64,000 nt of DNA, taken from assembly GCA_934190785.1 (NCBI GenBank), contig CAKPTA010000001.1:13514-77513 (forward strand), read 5' to 3'. This document shows positions 1 through 9,958 of this stretch, in pieces. The notes below the pieces were generated by a model, which ran no database searches, was not told the origin of the DNA, and was given only the letters and a program-made list of their open reading frames with translations. This DNA comes from an uncultured Bacilli bacterium (lineage in GTDB: Bacteria; Bacillota_I; Bacilli_A; RF39; UBA660). Position numbers and translations under genes: made by a program. Within the stretch, counting starts at the first letter, position 1, and the number at the start of each line of letters is the position of its first letter.

Positions 1-641
1 ATTATTCATGTGTAGAGTGTTTTGTTCTTGATGTTACATCTAAAATTGATAGAGAAAAACTTAGAAAAATAGATATTGATGTTATTGTATTAAATGCCGC
101 ACTATGTATTGGTGGAACGCTGGTTAATTTAGATTCTTCATTAATTAGAAAAAATTATGAAGTTAATGTTTTTTCTAATTTAGAATTAATCCAAACTATT
201 TTACCTAATATGATAAAAAAGAGAAGTGGTAAGATAATTGTTATGTCTTCACTTGCAGGAATTTATCCTGTTAGCTTTATTGGAAGTTATTCTTCTAGTA
301 AAGCTGCTTTAATTAAAATTACTGAGACGCTTAGGCGTGAAGTTAAACTAATTGATAAAAATATAAAATTTTGTTTAATAGAACCAGGATTTTATTATAC
401 TGGATTTAATCAAGTTATGTTTGATGAAGCTTATGATACATTAAATATATATTTTAAAAACAAAAAGAATGTTATAATTAATAGAGGTAAATTGATTCAT
501 AAATTTATAGAAAAGAAGAATTTTGACTCAATTGTAAAAAAGATAATTAAAGCAATCAATAGTACAGGTAATAAGTTTATATATAGAGCTCCATTCTTGC
601 AAGTTGTTGGTGCAAAAATATATAGTTTATTTTTTGAATAA
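1..641 (+). CDS. short-chain dehydrogenase/reductase (SDR), 5'-truncated by the window edge
   Basis: Frame is open from nt 3. Contains 'VLDVTSK', 'VLNAA' and the catalytic 'YSSSKAAL' (YxxxK) SDR motif. Confidence 0.75.
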   Translation, partial: YSCVECFVLDVTSKIDREKLRKIDIDVIVLNAALCIGGTLVNLDSSLIRKNYEVNVFSNLELIQTILPNMIKKRSGKIIVMSSLAGIYPVSFIGSYSSSKAALIKITETLRREVKLIDKNIKFCLIEPGFYYTGFNQVMFDEAYDTLNIYFKNKKNVIINRGKLIHKFIEKKNFDSIVKKIIKAINSTGNKFIYRAPFLQVVGAKIYSLFFE

Positions 642-687
642 CTTTTATATAAATCTTTTTTGTGTTAAAATATATAAGGTGATAGAT

Positions 688-2187
688 ATGGGTGAAAAGG
701 GGAGCCTAAAAAATAGAATAAAAGAATGGAATTTAAGACGAAAGATAAGACTTAAAAAGAAACAGGAAGAAGTTTTAGAGAAAAAAAAGAAAGCAAAAGA
801 AAAAGCTGAGAAGAATAATTTAGAGAGATTACCACTAAAAGAACGCATTAAGGTTTCACTTAAGTTTGTGTTTGGAATATTTTTAGGTTTTGTAGAACAT
901 ATAAGTAATAATTTATTAAAGAAAACAGAAATTGTAAGAAAAGACGAAAAAAATAATAATGAAAATAAAAATATTAAAGATGCTATAGATATAAAAGATA
1001 ATGAAAAAGAAAAAGATAAAAACATGGAATATGAGTCTTTAGATAAATCTAGTAAAGATATTAAACCTATAAAAGAAACGTATAAGGAAGACGTGTATCC
1101 TTATACAAAAGGAGTAAAACAAAAGCCTCATAAAATTATACCTTTTATTTTGAGTATACCTTTTGCTGTAGCAGAAAATAGTAGTAAAATTAAGCCAATA
1201 AAGATTTTATATAGTAATCATTTTAATGAATCAAAAAAATCTAAGGAAAGAGAGCTTGAAACAAAAAAAGCAAGAGAAAAATATGTTCAAAATAGAATTA
1301 AAATGTTTACAGCTAATATAAATGATGTTAAAAACAGTTTAAGTAAAGTATCAGAACTAGATGACTTTGATAAAAAAAGAGAATTAATAGAACTAAGAAG
1401 TAGGGTAGTTAATTTAAAAAAACAATATTTGAGCTTTAGAGATGAGTGTAATGCTATTGGGTTTAAAAAAATAAAGGTAATAGATGATATTGACCCATAT
1501 AATTTAAGATATAGTGCTAGTTATATCACAGCACTCATAAGTGAATGTGAAAATGAACTTTCAGGTATTAAAAGAAGAAAAATAGATAAAATTGATTCTG
1601 TTAAGAATGATATGAACACTATAAAGAATTTGATAAATACAAATATAAATGAACAAGATATGGATATTGACAAAATTAGAGTTGCTTTTAAGAATGCAAG
1701 TATGGGAAAGAAAAGAAGTAGTATTGTAACAGGTGTTCATAATTTTTTAACAAAAACAATTAATATTGGGATGAGTTTAGTGCCAGTAGCTGTTTGCAAA
1801 AATAAGGCTATAGGTATGCTTGGTAGTGTGGTTGTTTTAAATAATCGTATACGTTCTATGAGAAAAATGATAAATAAAAAAAATCAGAATATAAATGATA
1901 TTTTATATAGTGATATATCATCATCAATTCAAACAGAAAAAAATTGTGTTTTAAAGACAAGAGAAATGCTTAATGATGCTAAAATGCAACTAGAAAATTT
2001 GAAACAAGAATTTATAATGGAATTTTATTATGATATGGATCGCTATACCGAAGCAAATGATATTATGTTAGAATTTTCTGATATTATGTATCAACTTTCT
2101 AGTAGAGAAGATGCACTAGATGAATATGAAAATAAATTATTTAATGAAGATGAAAAATTAAAACAAAAAGTAAAAATAATGAATTAA
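688..2187 (+). CDS. hypothetical Lys/Glu-rich coiled-coil protein with predicted hydrophobic segments
   Basis: Long ORF with AAGGTGA RBS 7 nt upstream of ATG 688. The track ORF 604 start lacks an RBS. KEKxEK-rich low-complexity N-terminus; no recognisable catalytic motif. Confidence 0.5.
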   Translation: MGEKGSLKNRIKEWNLRRKIRLKKKQEEVLEKKKKAKEKAEKNNLERLPLKERIKVSLKFVFGIFLGFVEHISNNLLKKTEIVRKDEKNNNENKNIKDAIDIKDNEKEKDKNMEYESLDKSSKDIKPIKETYKEDVYPYTKGVKQKPHKIIPFILSIPFAVAENSSKIKPIKILYSNHFNESKKSKERELETKKAREKYVQNRIKMFTANINDVKNSLSKVSELDDFDKKRELIELRSRVVNLKKQYLSFRDECNAIGFKKIKVIDDIDPYNLRYSASYITALISECENELSGIKRRKIDKIDSVKNDMNTIKNLINTNINEQDMDIDKIRVAFKNASMGKKRSSIVTGVHNFLTKTINIGMSLVPVAVCKNKAIGMLGSVVVLNNRIRSMRKMINKKNQNINDILYSDISSSIQTEKNCVLKTREMLNDAKMQLENLKQEFIMEFYYDMDRYTEANDIMLEFSDIMYQLSSREDALDEYENKLFNEDEKLKQKVKIMN

Positions 2188-2307
2188 AATGGGGTTTATT
2201 AATTCCATTTTTTATTTGCTTTTTTGGAATATGAGATTTAACTTATTTAAATACTTTATCTATTGTTTAATAAATGATATACTACTAGATAGGATAGAGG
2301 TGATTTT

Positions 2308-3324
2308 ATGAATTATATTGATAATGTTAATTATAGAATAAAAGAATATTTTAATGTTTTAGAACCAAAATATCCAAGATGGCTTAATGATTATATAAAT
2401 ACTAAAGAAATGTTGCATCAACAATACATAAGTATTACTTGTGGAACAATTTATTCTGATTTATATAAAAGTGATTTCTTTTTTTCTACTTTAGACCATT
2501 CGATTGCCGTAGCACTTATTATTTGGCATTTTACTCATGATAAAAAACAAACTTTAGCTGGACTTTTTCACGATATTGCAACACCTGTTTTTAAGCATTG
2601 TATTGATTTTTTAAATGGCGACTATATGAATCAAGAATCTACTGAGGATTTAACAACTTTGATTATTAGTAATTCCAATGAAATAATGAAATTATTAAGA
2701 CGTGACAATATTAATATTGATGATGTATGTGATTATCACATATATCCTATTGCAGATAATGATACACCAAGGCTTTCATCTGATCGATTAGAATATTCTC
2801 TTTCTAATGCTTTATTTACATATGATTTAAAAGATATTGATTGGGTATTTAAAATATATAATGATATTGAAGTTGGTACTAATGAAGATGGTATAGCAGA
2901 ACTTGTATTTAAAACAGAGGATGCTGCATTATCTTTTGTTGATGTGACTAGCAAGTTATCAATAATATATAGGGAAGATAAAACAAGATATTCCATGCAA
3001 CTACTAGCTGATATTATTAAACGCTTAAATAATGATAATGTTATTAATAAAAGTGATTTATATACTAAAAAGGAAGAAGAGATAATTGACATTATAAGAA
3101 AATCTAATTGTAGTAGTATTTTTAATAAGTGGGAACATGCTAGGGAGGTAATTTCATCAAAAACAAAACCAGAGGGTGTATATTATGTTCACCATGCCTC
3201 AAAAATAAGATACATTAATCCGCTTGTTAAAAATTCTAGAATATATAATATAAATAAATCAGCCAAAGAAATGATAGATAATAATTTAGCATATGATATG
3301 TCAAATTATATTTATCTTGGTTAA
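2308..3324 (+). CDS. HD-domain phosphohydrolase family protein
   Basis: 'HS..VA…LAGLFHDIATPVFKH' H…HD motif; AGGTGA-like RBS ('agaggtgatttt ATG'). Confidence 0.6.
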   Translation: MNYIDNVNYRIKEYFNVLEPKYPRWLNDYINTKEMLHQQYISITCGTIYSDLYKSDFFFSTLDHSIAVALIIWHFTHDKKQTLAGLFHDIATPVFKHCIDFLNGDYMNQESTEDLTTLIISNSNEIMKLLRRDNINIDDVCDYHIYPIADNDTPRLSSDRLEYSLSNALFTYDLKDIDWVFKIYNDIEVGTNEDGIAELVFKTEDAALSFVDVTSKLSIIYREDKTRYSMQLLADIIKRLNNDNVINKSDLYTKKEEEIIDIIRKSNCSSIFNKWEHAREVISSKTKPEGVYYVHHASKIRYINPLVKNSRIYNINKSAKEMIDNNLAYDMSNYIYLG

Positions 3325-3350
3325 AAATAGTTTAGTTGGGAGGATTTATT

Positions 3351-3980
3351 ATGGCATCTGCTATAATACATATTGCTGTTGCAAAAAAAGTTAATGATAT
3401 AATAAACAGAAATAAAAAAGATTTATATTTAGGTGCAATAGCACCTGATGCGGCAAAAATAATTGGCATTGATAGAAATATAACTCATTTTATAAAAGAA
3501 GATAATGTTGATACACCTAATATAGCGTATTTTAAGCAACTTTATTTTGATAAAATAAAAAGTGACTATGATCTTGGTTATTACATTCATCTTTTAACTG
3601 ATGAATTATGGTTTAGCGAGTTTTTACCTAATTTTGTGTTAGATGATGAAACAATAATTGATCCATCTGGCGAAAAAGTTTCACTTGTTGGTATTACAAT
3701 TGGTGATATCATTTATAATGATTATACAAACTTGAATGCTAAAATAATTGATTATTATAATCTTGATTTAAAACTTTTTTATGAAGAATTTGAATATCCT
3801 AGTCCAACTATAAAAGAAGTACCAGAATGTGCTTTTCCACAAGTTATTGATAAAATGGGACTTATAATAGCGAATTCTACAAAGTATAATTATATTTTGA
3901 AGTTGGATAAAATAACTCATTTTGTTGAATATGCAACAGTATACGTGTTAGAAAAATTGACGGAAGATAATTTAATTTAG
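3351..3980 (+). CDS. hypothetical protein (possible metal-dependent hydrolase fold: N-terminal 'HIAVA…APDA…THF' and 'HLLTDELW')
   Basis: ORF with GGGAGGA RBS 7 nt before ATG 3351. Motifs are reminiscent of Zn-dependent phospholipase C-like small proteins, but the assignment is weak. Confidence 0.45.
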   Translation: MASAIIHIAVAKKVNDIINRNKKDLYLGAIAPDAAKIIGIDRNITHFIKEDNVDTPNIAYFKQLYFDKIKSDYDLGYYIHLLTDELWFSEFLPNFVLDDETIIDPSGEKVSLVGITIGDIIYNDYTNLNAKIIDYYNLDLKLFYEEFEYPSPTIKEVPECAFPQVIDKMGLIIANSTKYNYILKLDKITHFVEYATVYVLEKLTEDNLI

Positions 3981-3997
3981 TGTTAAGGAAGATATAT

Positions 3998-5137
3998 ATG
4001 GAAAATGATATTAATTTATTTAAAGATAGAGCTTGGATTGAAATTGATTTGGATAATCTAAAGCACAATATAAATGAGATAAAAAAAGTTATTTCAGATA
4101 AAACAAAGATTATGGCAGTTGTAAAAGCAAATGCTTATGGACATGGAAGTATCTTAATTGCCAAAAAATTAGAAAGTATAGGTATTACTGATTTTGCTGT
4201 TGCAACATTGGATGAAGGAATTGAACTTAGAAAAAATAATATATCTGGTAATATTTTAATACTAGGGTATACTAATCCAACAGATTTAAAATATGTTATT
4301 AAATATAATTTAATTCAAACGATCGTTGATTATGATTATTCACTTGCTATTAAAAGTTTAGATTTACCTTCTAAACTTAAATGTCATGTAAAGATAAATA
4401 CAGGTATGAATCGTATTGGAGAGAAATTCAATGATTTAGATAAAATAGAGGATATTTACAATAATAAGAAACTTGAAATTCTTGGTATCTTTAGTCATTT
4501 ATGTGTGGCTGACTCAAATAATGAAGATGACATTAAGTTTACAAGAATGCAAATTGCTAATTTTGATAACTGTATTAAAAATCTTAAGGAAAAAGGTTAT
4601 TGTGTTGGACTAACTCATATTCAAAGTAGTTATGGTATTATTAATTATAATAATCTTGAATATGATTATGTTCGCCCAGGATTAATCATGTATGGTGTAG
4701 ATGGAAATGATGATATATACAAGAATATAAAACTTGATTTAAAACCAGTTTTATCACTTAAAGCAAGAGTAACTAGTATTAAAGAGATAGACGTAGGTGA
4801 GAGTATTAGTTATGGTAGAACTTATGTAGCCTCATCAAAACAAAAAATTGCTACTGTTGCAATTGGATATGCTGATGGAGTGCCAAGATGTTTATCTAAT
4901 AAAGATGTAGTAGTAAAAATTAACGGTACATATAAACCTATTTTAGGAAAAATATGTATGGATCAATTAGTTATTGATATGAATGATGTAGACGATATAA
5001 AAGTTGGCGATACTGTTTATTTTATTGATAGTGATGATGATAAATTAAGTGCACTTTCGCTTGCTGATAAAGCTTGTACTATAACTTATGAAATTTTAAG
5101 TAGATTAGGTAGTAGATTACCAAGAGTGAAAAAGTAA
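3998..5137 (+). CDS. alr: alanine racemase
   Basis: PLP-binding signature 'AVVKANAYGHG', 385-aa size class, AAGGAAG RBS before ATG 3998. Confidence 0.9.
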   Translation: MENDINLFKDRAWIEIDLDNLKHNINEIKKVISDKTKIMAVVKANAYGHGSILIAKKLESIGITDFAVATLDEGIELRKNNISGNILILGYTNPTDLKYVIKYNLIQTIVDYDYSLAIKSLDLPSKLKCHVKINTGMNRIGEKFNDLDKIEDIYNNKKLEILGIFSHLCVADSNNEDDIKFTRMQIANFDNCIKNLKEKGYCVGLTHIQSSYGIINYNNLEYDYVRPGLIMYGVDGNDDIYKNIKLDLKPVLSLKARVTSIKEIDVGESISYGRTYVASSKQKIATVAIGYADGVPRCLSNKDVVVKINGTYKPILGKICMDQLVIDMNDVDDIKVGDTVYFIDSDDDKLSALSLADKACTITYEILSRLGSRLPRVKK

Positions 5138-5167
5138 TATTAGAAAATTTAGATTTATGGTGATTAT

Positions 5168-5740
5168 ATGAAAAATAATGATTTAGAATTTCTTTTTAAT
5201 ATTCTTATGTCTGATGTACCTTCTTTATCAATTAAAAAGTATGAGGCTGATATTTTTGATTTAATACCTGAGTTAAAATTGTGTCAAGGTTTTAATCAAA
5301 ATAATGATTGGCATATTTATGATGTTTATTCACATATTATTCATGTTGTAGATTTGGTATCTAGGAATTTACCATTACGTTTAGCTGCACTTTTTCATGA
5401 TATTGGTAAACCTTATACATATACGGAAGATAAATTTAAAGTAGGACATTTTTATGGTCATTATAAAGAATCAAATAGAATTTTCTTACTGTTTGCTAAA
5501 AAATATAATCTAGATGATAAATTAGTAAGTATAACATCTAAACTTATTTATTATCATGATGTAAATTTTGATTCATTAGAAGATAATGAATTAAAAGAAA
5601 TATTAAATGAATTTAGTAAAGAAGAATTATTACTTTTATTTGAATTAAAAAGAAGTGATTTGCTCGCACAAAATAGTAAGTATCATTATTTACTTCATAG
5701 TTATGATGAAACTTTTAATAAACTTATGAAATTCTATTGA
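5168..5740 (+). CDS. HD-domain protein (CCA-enzyme C-terminal-like phosphohydrolase domain)
   Basis: 'WHIYDVYSHIIHVVD' and 'AALFHDIGKP' motifs typical of the HD domain of CCA-adding enzyme/YqeK-like phosphohydrolases. Confidence 0.6.
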   Translation: MKNNDLEFLFNILMSDVPSLSIKKYEADIFDLIPELKLCQGFNQNNDWHIYDVYSHIIHVVDLVSRNLPLRLAALFHDIGKPYTYTEDKFKVGHFYGHYKESNRIFLLFAKKYNLDDKLVSITSKLIYYHDVNFDSLEDNELKEILNEFSKEELLLLFELKRSDLLAQNSKYHYLLHSYDETFNKLMKFY

Positions 5741-5938
5741 TAATGCTATAAAAGTAGAACTATTTTTGAAGAAATGTATGAAATCAAAAACTCAAATTTA
5801 ATTATATTGTTCAACAAATAAAAAGAGGTGTTTTGTGCAAAATTTAATTAATATTGAAGCTTTAGATAAAAATAATATAAACAGTATTTTTTACTGAAGA
5901 TTTTGATTTGTTATTAGAAGAAACCAAAAATAACGGAA

Positions 5939-6382
5939 GTGGTAATAATGAATAATGATAAAATAACAAAAAGATATATAATACCAAATTTTTTAACTAT
6001 TTTAATACTAATAATTAATTTCATATTATGCTATTTTAATTTAGATAATTTAATTAATTCTAATGATACAGTTGGTAATTTGATTGGTGTATTTGGTTCT
6101 ATAATATTACCTTATATAGTTATAGATATTATAATTCAATTTATAGTATTAATTTTAAATTTGATTAATAAACAAAGTAAACAATCGTTAAATATATTTT
6201 TATTAATTATTGAAGTCATATATTTTATTTTTACTAATTTTGCAGTTATACCTTTTATGCTTTTAAATTTATTGTTTTTCAATAAACTATTAGCATATTC
6301 AGTTTTTCTGATTTTTGAATTTTTAAATGTATATATAATTGTGTTAATGATAAAAAATATAATTAAATGTAAAGAAGAATGA
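5939..6382 (+). CDS. hypothetical small integral membrane protein
   Basis: Four predicted hydrophobic helices, no known motifs. Confidence 0.4.
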   Translation: MVIMNNDKITKRYIIPNFLTILILIINFILCYFNLDNLINSNDTVGNLIGVFGSIILPYIVIDIIIQFIVLILNLINKQSKQSLNIFLLIIEVIYFIFTNFAVIPFMLLNLLFFNKLLAYSVFLIFEFLNVYIIVLMIKNIIKCKEE

Positions 6383-6479
6383 ATTATATTATATTATATT
6401 ATAATTAATGAAATATTAAAAAATGAATGGTCAAAAGAAAAATTTAGTATTAGTAATCAAAAAAATAGTCTAATAGTAT

Positions 6480-6870
6480 AACTAATCAAAGGCAAATTAC
6501 AGATGCTTATTTAGAAGATTACAAAGAATATAAATTAGTTGATTATTATATAGATGATGAAGATTCTAGTACTAATTTTGATAGACCAAAGTTTCAAAGA
6601 ATGTTAGAAGAAATAAAAAATAAGAAAATAGATGTAATACTTATAAAAGATTTGTCAAGATTTGGTAGAAATTATATTGAAACTGCTAATTTTGCAGAAA
6701 TAGTATTTCTTACTATGGGAGTATCTGTAAAAATTATGAAATAGAGTCATTAGATTACTATGATAATGATTATGTTTTGTTAAAAACTTTATTTAATGAT
6801 ATGTATGTAAAAGATATATCAAAAAAAGTAAGAAGTTCTTTAATTGTTAAGAAAGATAATGGAAGTAATA
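6480..6870 (+). pseudogene. serine recombinase fragment (copy A: resolvase-domain pieces, no start, internal stops)
   Basis: Translations 'NFDRPKFQRMLEEIKNKKIDVILIKDLSRFGRNYIE' and 'LFNDMYVKDISKKVRSSL' match the large serine recombinase N-terminal region. The catalytic-Ser N-terminus is absent and the two pieces lie in different frames. Confidence 0.6.
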
Positions 6871-7059
6871 AATAATGGATATACATCAAAAAAGAGAAAT
6901 GAGAGCAGAAAAGAAAAATAATGATAGCCAAGAATTTTTTCAATGTTTCCATTTCGTGGTAAAGAACGACTTATGGAAAACTTTTATATGAAGCAATAAA
7001 TGAGAAGGTAGTAATTAAAAAATTGGAGACAGATATACTAACCATATTTTTGAGAATAT

Positions 7060-7180
7060 TAAACACATAGATGAATACGGAAATGAATATTGGTATGCTA
7101 TGGAACTTTCAAAAGTTTTAGAATATAAAGACTGGAGAAAATTCTTAAAGGTTTTAAACAAGGCAAAAGAAGCTTTGTAA
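7060..7180 (+). other. fragment of a dinD/Bro-N-like (DNA damage-inducible protein D) gene
   Basis: Translation 'HIDEYGNEYWYAMELSKVLEYKDWRKFLKVLNKAKEAL' resembles the DinD core (…W…F…KAK.AC) and is flanked by stops. Confidence 0.4.
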
Positions 7181-7265
7181 AAATTAATTAAAAATGAGTA
7201 AAATATGTTAAAAATTGCATAGGAATTAAGATGGTGATTATGAGATAATAATTCGTAATAATATA

Positions 7266-8270
7266 AAGAAAGATTTATCTAGACTTGGTAGGAACTATAT
7301 TATGGCTGGTCATTATTTACAACACTATTTTCCAACTAAAAAAGTTAGATTTATTTCTATTAATGATGAGTATGATAGTTTAAAATATAATAATATTATG
7401 GATAGACTAGATGTTCCATTAAAAAATATGATGTATGATCATATAGCTTATGATATGTCTAATAAAATTAAAAAATCTCTAAGGATAAGTAAAGAAAATG
7501 GAAATTTTGTAGGGGCTTCTGTGATATATGGTTATAAAAAAGATCCAAATGATACTCATAAATTAGTTATAGATAATGAAGCTGCAGATGTTGTTAGAAA
7601 AATATTTCATATGTATTTGCTTGGTATGACTAAATCTGAAATAGCAGATGAATTAAATAAAAACGAAACATTAACACCTGCATTATATAAAAAAAATAAT
7701 GGTTTATGCTATACAAAACCTAAAAAAGATAATAAATGGAATTATGAAATAATAAATAGAATACTTAGAGATGAAAACTATACCGGCACTTTAGTTCAAG
7801 GAAGACGAAGAAACGAAAGTTATATTACACATAAGGAAGTTAAGAATCCAGAAGAAGATTGGATAAAATATGAGAATCATCATGAGGCAATTATTGATAA
7901 GGTTAATTTTATAAAAGTTCAAGAAAGATTAAAGATTCAAAGAAGAAAAACTAATAAAAATGATATATTATCATGATACTTAAAATGTGTTGATTGTAAT
8001 GGTGCCATGATGTTAGTTAAAGGTAAAAAGAACGAATACTATTATTGTAGAAATAGCATAAGTAAAAAGATTTGTACAAAGCATACTTTTAGAAAAGAGA
8101 ATTTACTTGAAGAAGTATTAAATCAAATAAATTTAAAGAAATTAGATGACCAAAAAATCAAAGAATTAAGTAGGGAAGTTGTCATCAAATATCTTGACTC
8201 TGTTATTGTTTATGAAGATAATAAATTAGAAGTAATTATGAAATATGATATAGAACTAATGAAAAATTAA
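7266..8270 (+). pseudogene. large serine recombinase (copy B), 5'-truncated and frameshifted
   Basis: 'KDLSRLGRNY…VRFISINDEYDS…' is followed by the recombinase domain. A frameshift near 7976 separates the zinc-ribbon part 'LKCVDCNGAM…YYYCRNS…C'. There is no N-terminal catalytic region. Confidence 0.65.
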
Positions 8271-8296
8271 AGTTAATAATATTGAAGGAGGAACTT

Positions 8297-8592
8297 ATGA
8301 AAGTAGTAACAATATGTGGTAGTATGAAATTTAAAGATAAAATGATGGAAGTTGCTAGAGATTTAGAAATTAAAAATAAATATGTAGTTATTCAATGTGT
8401 TTATAGTAATGATAAATTTAATTAAGAAGAACAAGTTTTATTAGCAGATTTGCATTATAAAAAAATTGATATAAGTGATGCAATATATGTAGTTAATGTT
8501 GATGGTTATATAGGTACATCAACCAAAAAAGAAATAGAATATGCAAAATCATTAAATAAAGAAATTTTTTCTTTAGAACCTCTAAACTATTA
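8297..8592 (+). pseudogene. small mobile-element-type ORF interrupted by an in-frame TAA
   Basis: GAAGGAGG RBS then ATG 8297; 'MKVVTICGSMKF…' runs to a TAA at 8422–8424, then continues in frame to 8592. Confidence 0.45.
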
Positions 8593-8677
8593 AAATTAAA
8601 ATAGATTTTGAGCTAATTCAAAAATCTAATTTTTTTATGATATAATAATAAAGAAATGAAAAAAGGAAGTGACTAAA

Positions 8678-9568
8678 ATGAATGAAAATCAAGATAAGGT
8701 GTTTAGTAAAACAAATATCAACTGGTATCCGGGGCATATGGCTAAAACAAAAAGACTTATTAAGGAAACCATTCATTTAATTGATATTGTGTATGAAATT
8801 GTTGATGCTAGAATTCCATATTCATCGAAGATTGTTGATATTGATGAATATATTAAAGATAAACCAAAAATTATGATTTTTTCTAAATACGATTTATGTG
8901 ATATAAATGAAACGAAGAAATGGATTAAATATTATCAAAATAAGGGTTATACTGTAATTCCTCTTGATAACATTCATAATCCAAATGTACAAGCTATAAT
9001 TAATGAAACTGAAAAAATAATGGATAATAACATTAAACAAAGGACAGACAAAGGTATGAATAAAAGAAAAATTCGTGCTTTAGTTGTTGGTATTCCTAAT
9101 GTTGGTAAATCAACTTTAATTAATCGTTTTGCAGGAAGAAAGGCTCTTGATGTTGGAAATAAACCTGGTGTTACAAAAGATTTACGATGGATTCGTATCA
9201 ATGATAAAATTGAACTTTTGGATAGTCCAGGTATGTTATATCCTAAGTTTACAAGTGAGAGTGTTGCTCTTAATTTAGCAAGCCTTACTGCTATTAAAGA
9301 GGAAATACTTCCTTTAGATAAAGTCGTTCAGTATATTTTAGATATGCTTTATAAGTATTATCCTGATATTTTAGAAAATCGGTATGGTATAAGTGAGTTA
9401 TCAGATTCTATATATGAAAATATAGATATTATTGGTAAAAAAAGAGGGTGCCTTGTAAGGGGTGGATTTGTAGATGAAGAGAAGGTTTATTCTATTATTA
9501 TGAATGATATAAAAGATGGTCATATTAAAAATATTACTTTTGATAGAATAGATGAAATTAATAATTAG
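8678..9568 (+). CDS. rbgA: ribosome biogenesis GTPase A (YlqF/RbgA)
   Basis: 'NWYPGHMAKTKR' signature, G-motifs 'GIPNVGKST' and 'DSPG'. AAAGGAAG RBS before ATG 8678; the track's GTG 8669 is less likely. Confidence 0.85.
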   Translation: MNENQDKVFSKTNINWYPGHMAKTKRLIKETIHLIDIVYEIVDARIPYSSKIVDIDEYIKDKPKIMIFSKYDLCDINETKKWIKYYQNKGYTVIPLDNIHNPNVQAIINETEKIMDNNIKQRTDKGMNKRKIRALVVGIPNVGKSTLINRFAGRKALDVGNKPGVTKDLRWIRINDKIELLDSPGMLYPKFTSESVALNLASLTAIKEEILPLDKVVQYILDMLYKYYPDILENRYGISELSDSIYENIDIIGKKRGCLVRGGFVDEEKVYSIIMNDIKDGHIKNITFDRIDEINN

Positions 9569-9580
9569 TAGGGGTGTTTT

Positions 9581-9958
9581 ATGGATGATACACTTTGTAT
9601 AAATTCACTTGCTTTAGCTTATTTAGGTGATAGCATTTATGAATTTTATGTAAGAAAATCTTTAATAAGAAAAGGTATTTTAAAAGTAAATGAATTACAA
9701 AAAAATGCAATTTTATATGTAAGTGCTAAAAATCAATCAATTTACTTGGAAAAATTAATTAATGAAAATTTCTTTAGTGATGAAGAAGTTCTAATTATTA
9801 AAAGAGCTAGAAATCATAAAAGTCATTCTAGTAAAACAACGGATATTAGAACTTATAAAAATTCAACTGGTTTAGAGGCTGTTATTGGCTATTTATATTT
9901 AGAAAATAATATAGCTAGAATTGATGAAATAATGAAGGAAATAATAGGTGATATTTAA
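9581..9958 (+). CDS. mrnC: mini-ribonuclease III
   Basis: 'LAYLGDSIYEFYVR' RNase III-like signature, about 125 aa, upstream of rlmB as in Bacillus. Confidence 0.8.
   Translation: MDDTLCINSLALAYLGDSIYEFYVRKSLIRKGILKVNELQKNAILYVSAKNQSIYLEKLINENFFSDEEVLIIKRARNHKSHSSKTTDIRTYKNSTGLEAVIGYLYLENNIARIDEIMKEIIGDI

Noticed and set aside
645-1025. Minus-strand ORF antisense to the Lys/Glu-rich gene. Similar antisense ORFs from the track lie at 2736..3092, 3877..4068, 8974..9201, 11491..11712, 12555..12857, 13131..13334, 13450..13815, 16533..16805, 18529..18801, 21247..21765, 22155..22337, 23840..24073, 24487..24681, 27436..28041, 28524..28814, 28896..29147, 31093..31305, 31570..31809, 32760..33005, 35671..35868, 39673..40089, 40393..40578, 41133..41360, 41338..41547, 49718..49915, 55338..55532, 56721..56990, 57076..57318, 58233..58418, 61740..61964, 62024..62257 and 63040..63249.
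   Set aside because: These are shadow ORFs inside or opposite well-supported genes. They encode low-complexity F/L/S/I-rich translations expected from reading AT-rich coding DNA in the wrong frame, and they have no RBS.
5836-5898. 20-codon GTG ORF with an AAAAGAGGTG RBS in the 5740–5939 intergenic region (possible leader peptide).
   Set aside because: Too short and unconserved-looking to support, and no downstream attenuator structure is evident.
6390-6415. (TATAT)n-like tract as a possible att site or CRISPR-like repeat.
   Set aside because: Simple low-complexity AT microsatellite without spacers or a matching second copy. No CRISPR repeat-spacer architecture was found anywhere in the window.
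6770-6952. 60-aa minus-strand ORF within the recombinase remnant region.
   Set aside because: No RBS, a hydrophobic nonsense-like translation, and it lies antisense to a recombinase fragment.
8422-8424. Possible alternative genetic code or stop-codon readthrough explaining the in-frame TAA in the 8297..8592 ORF.
   Set aside because: rpoB, rpoC and the ribosomal protein genes terminate normally with TAA/TGA/TAG and show no internal stops, so standard code 11 fits. A pseudogene in a decayed element is the simpler explanation.
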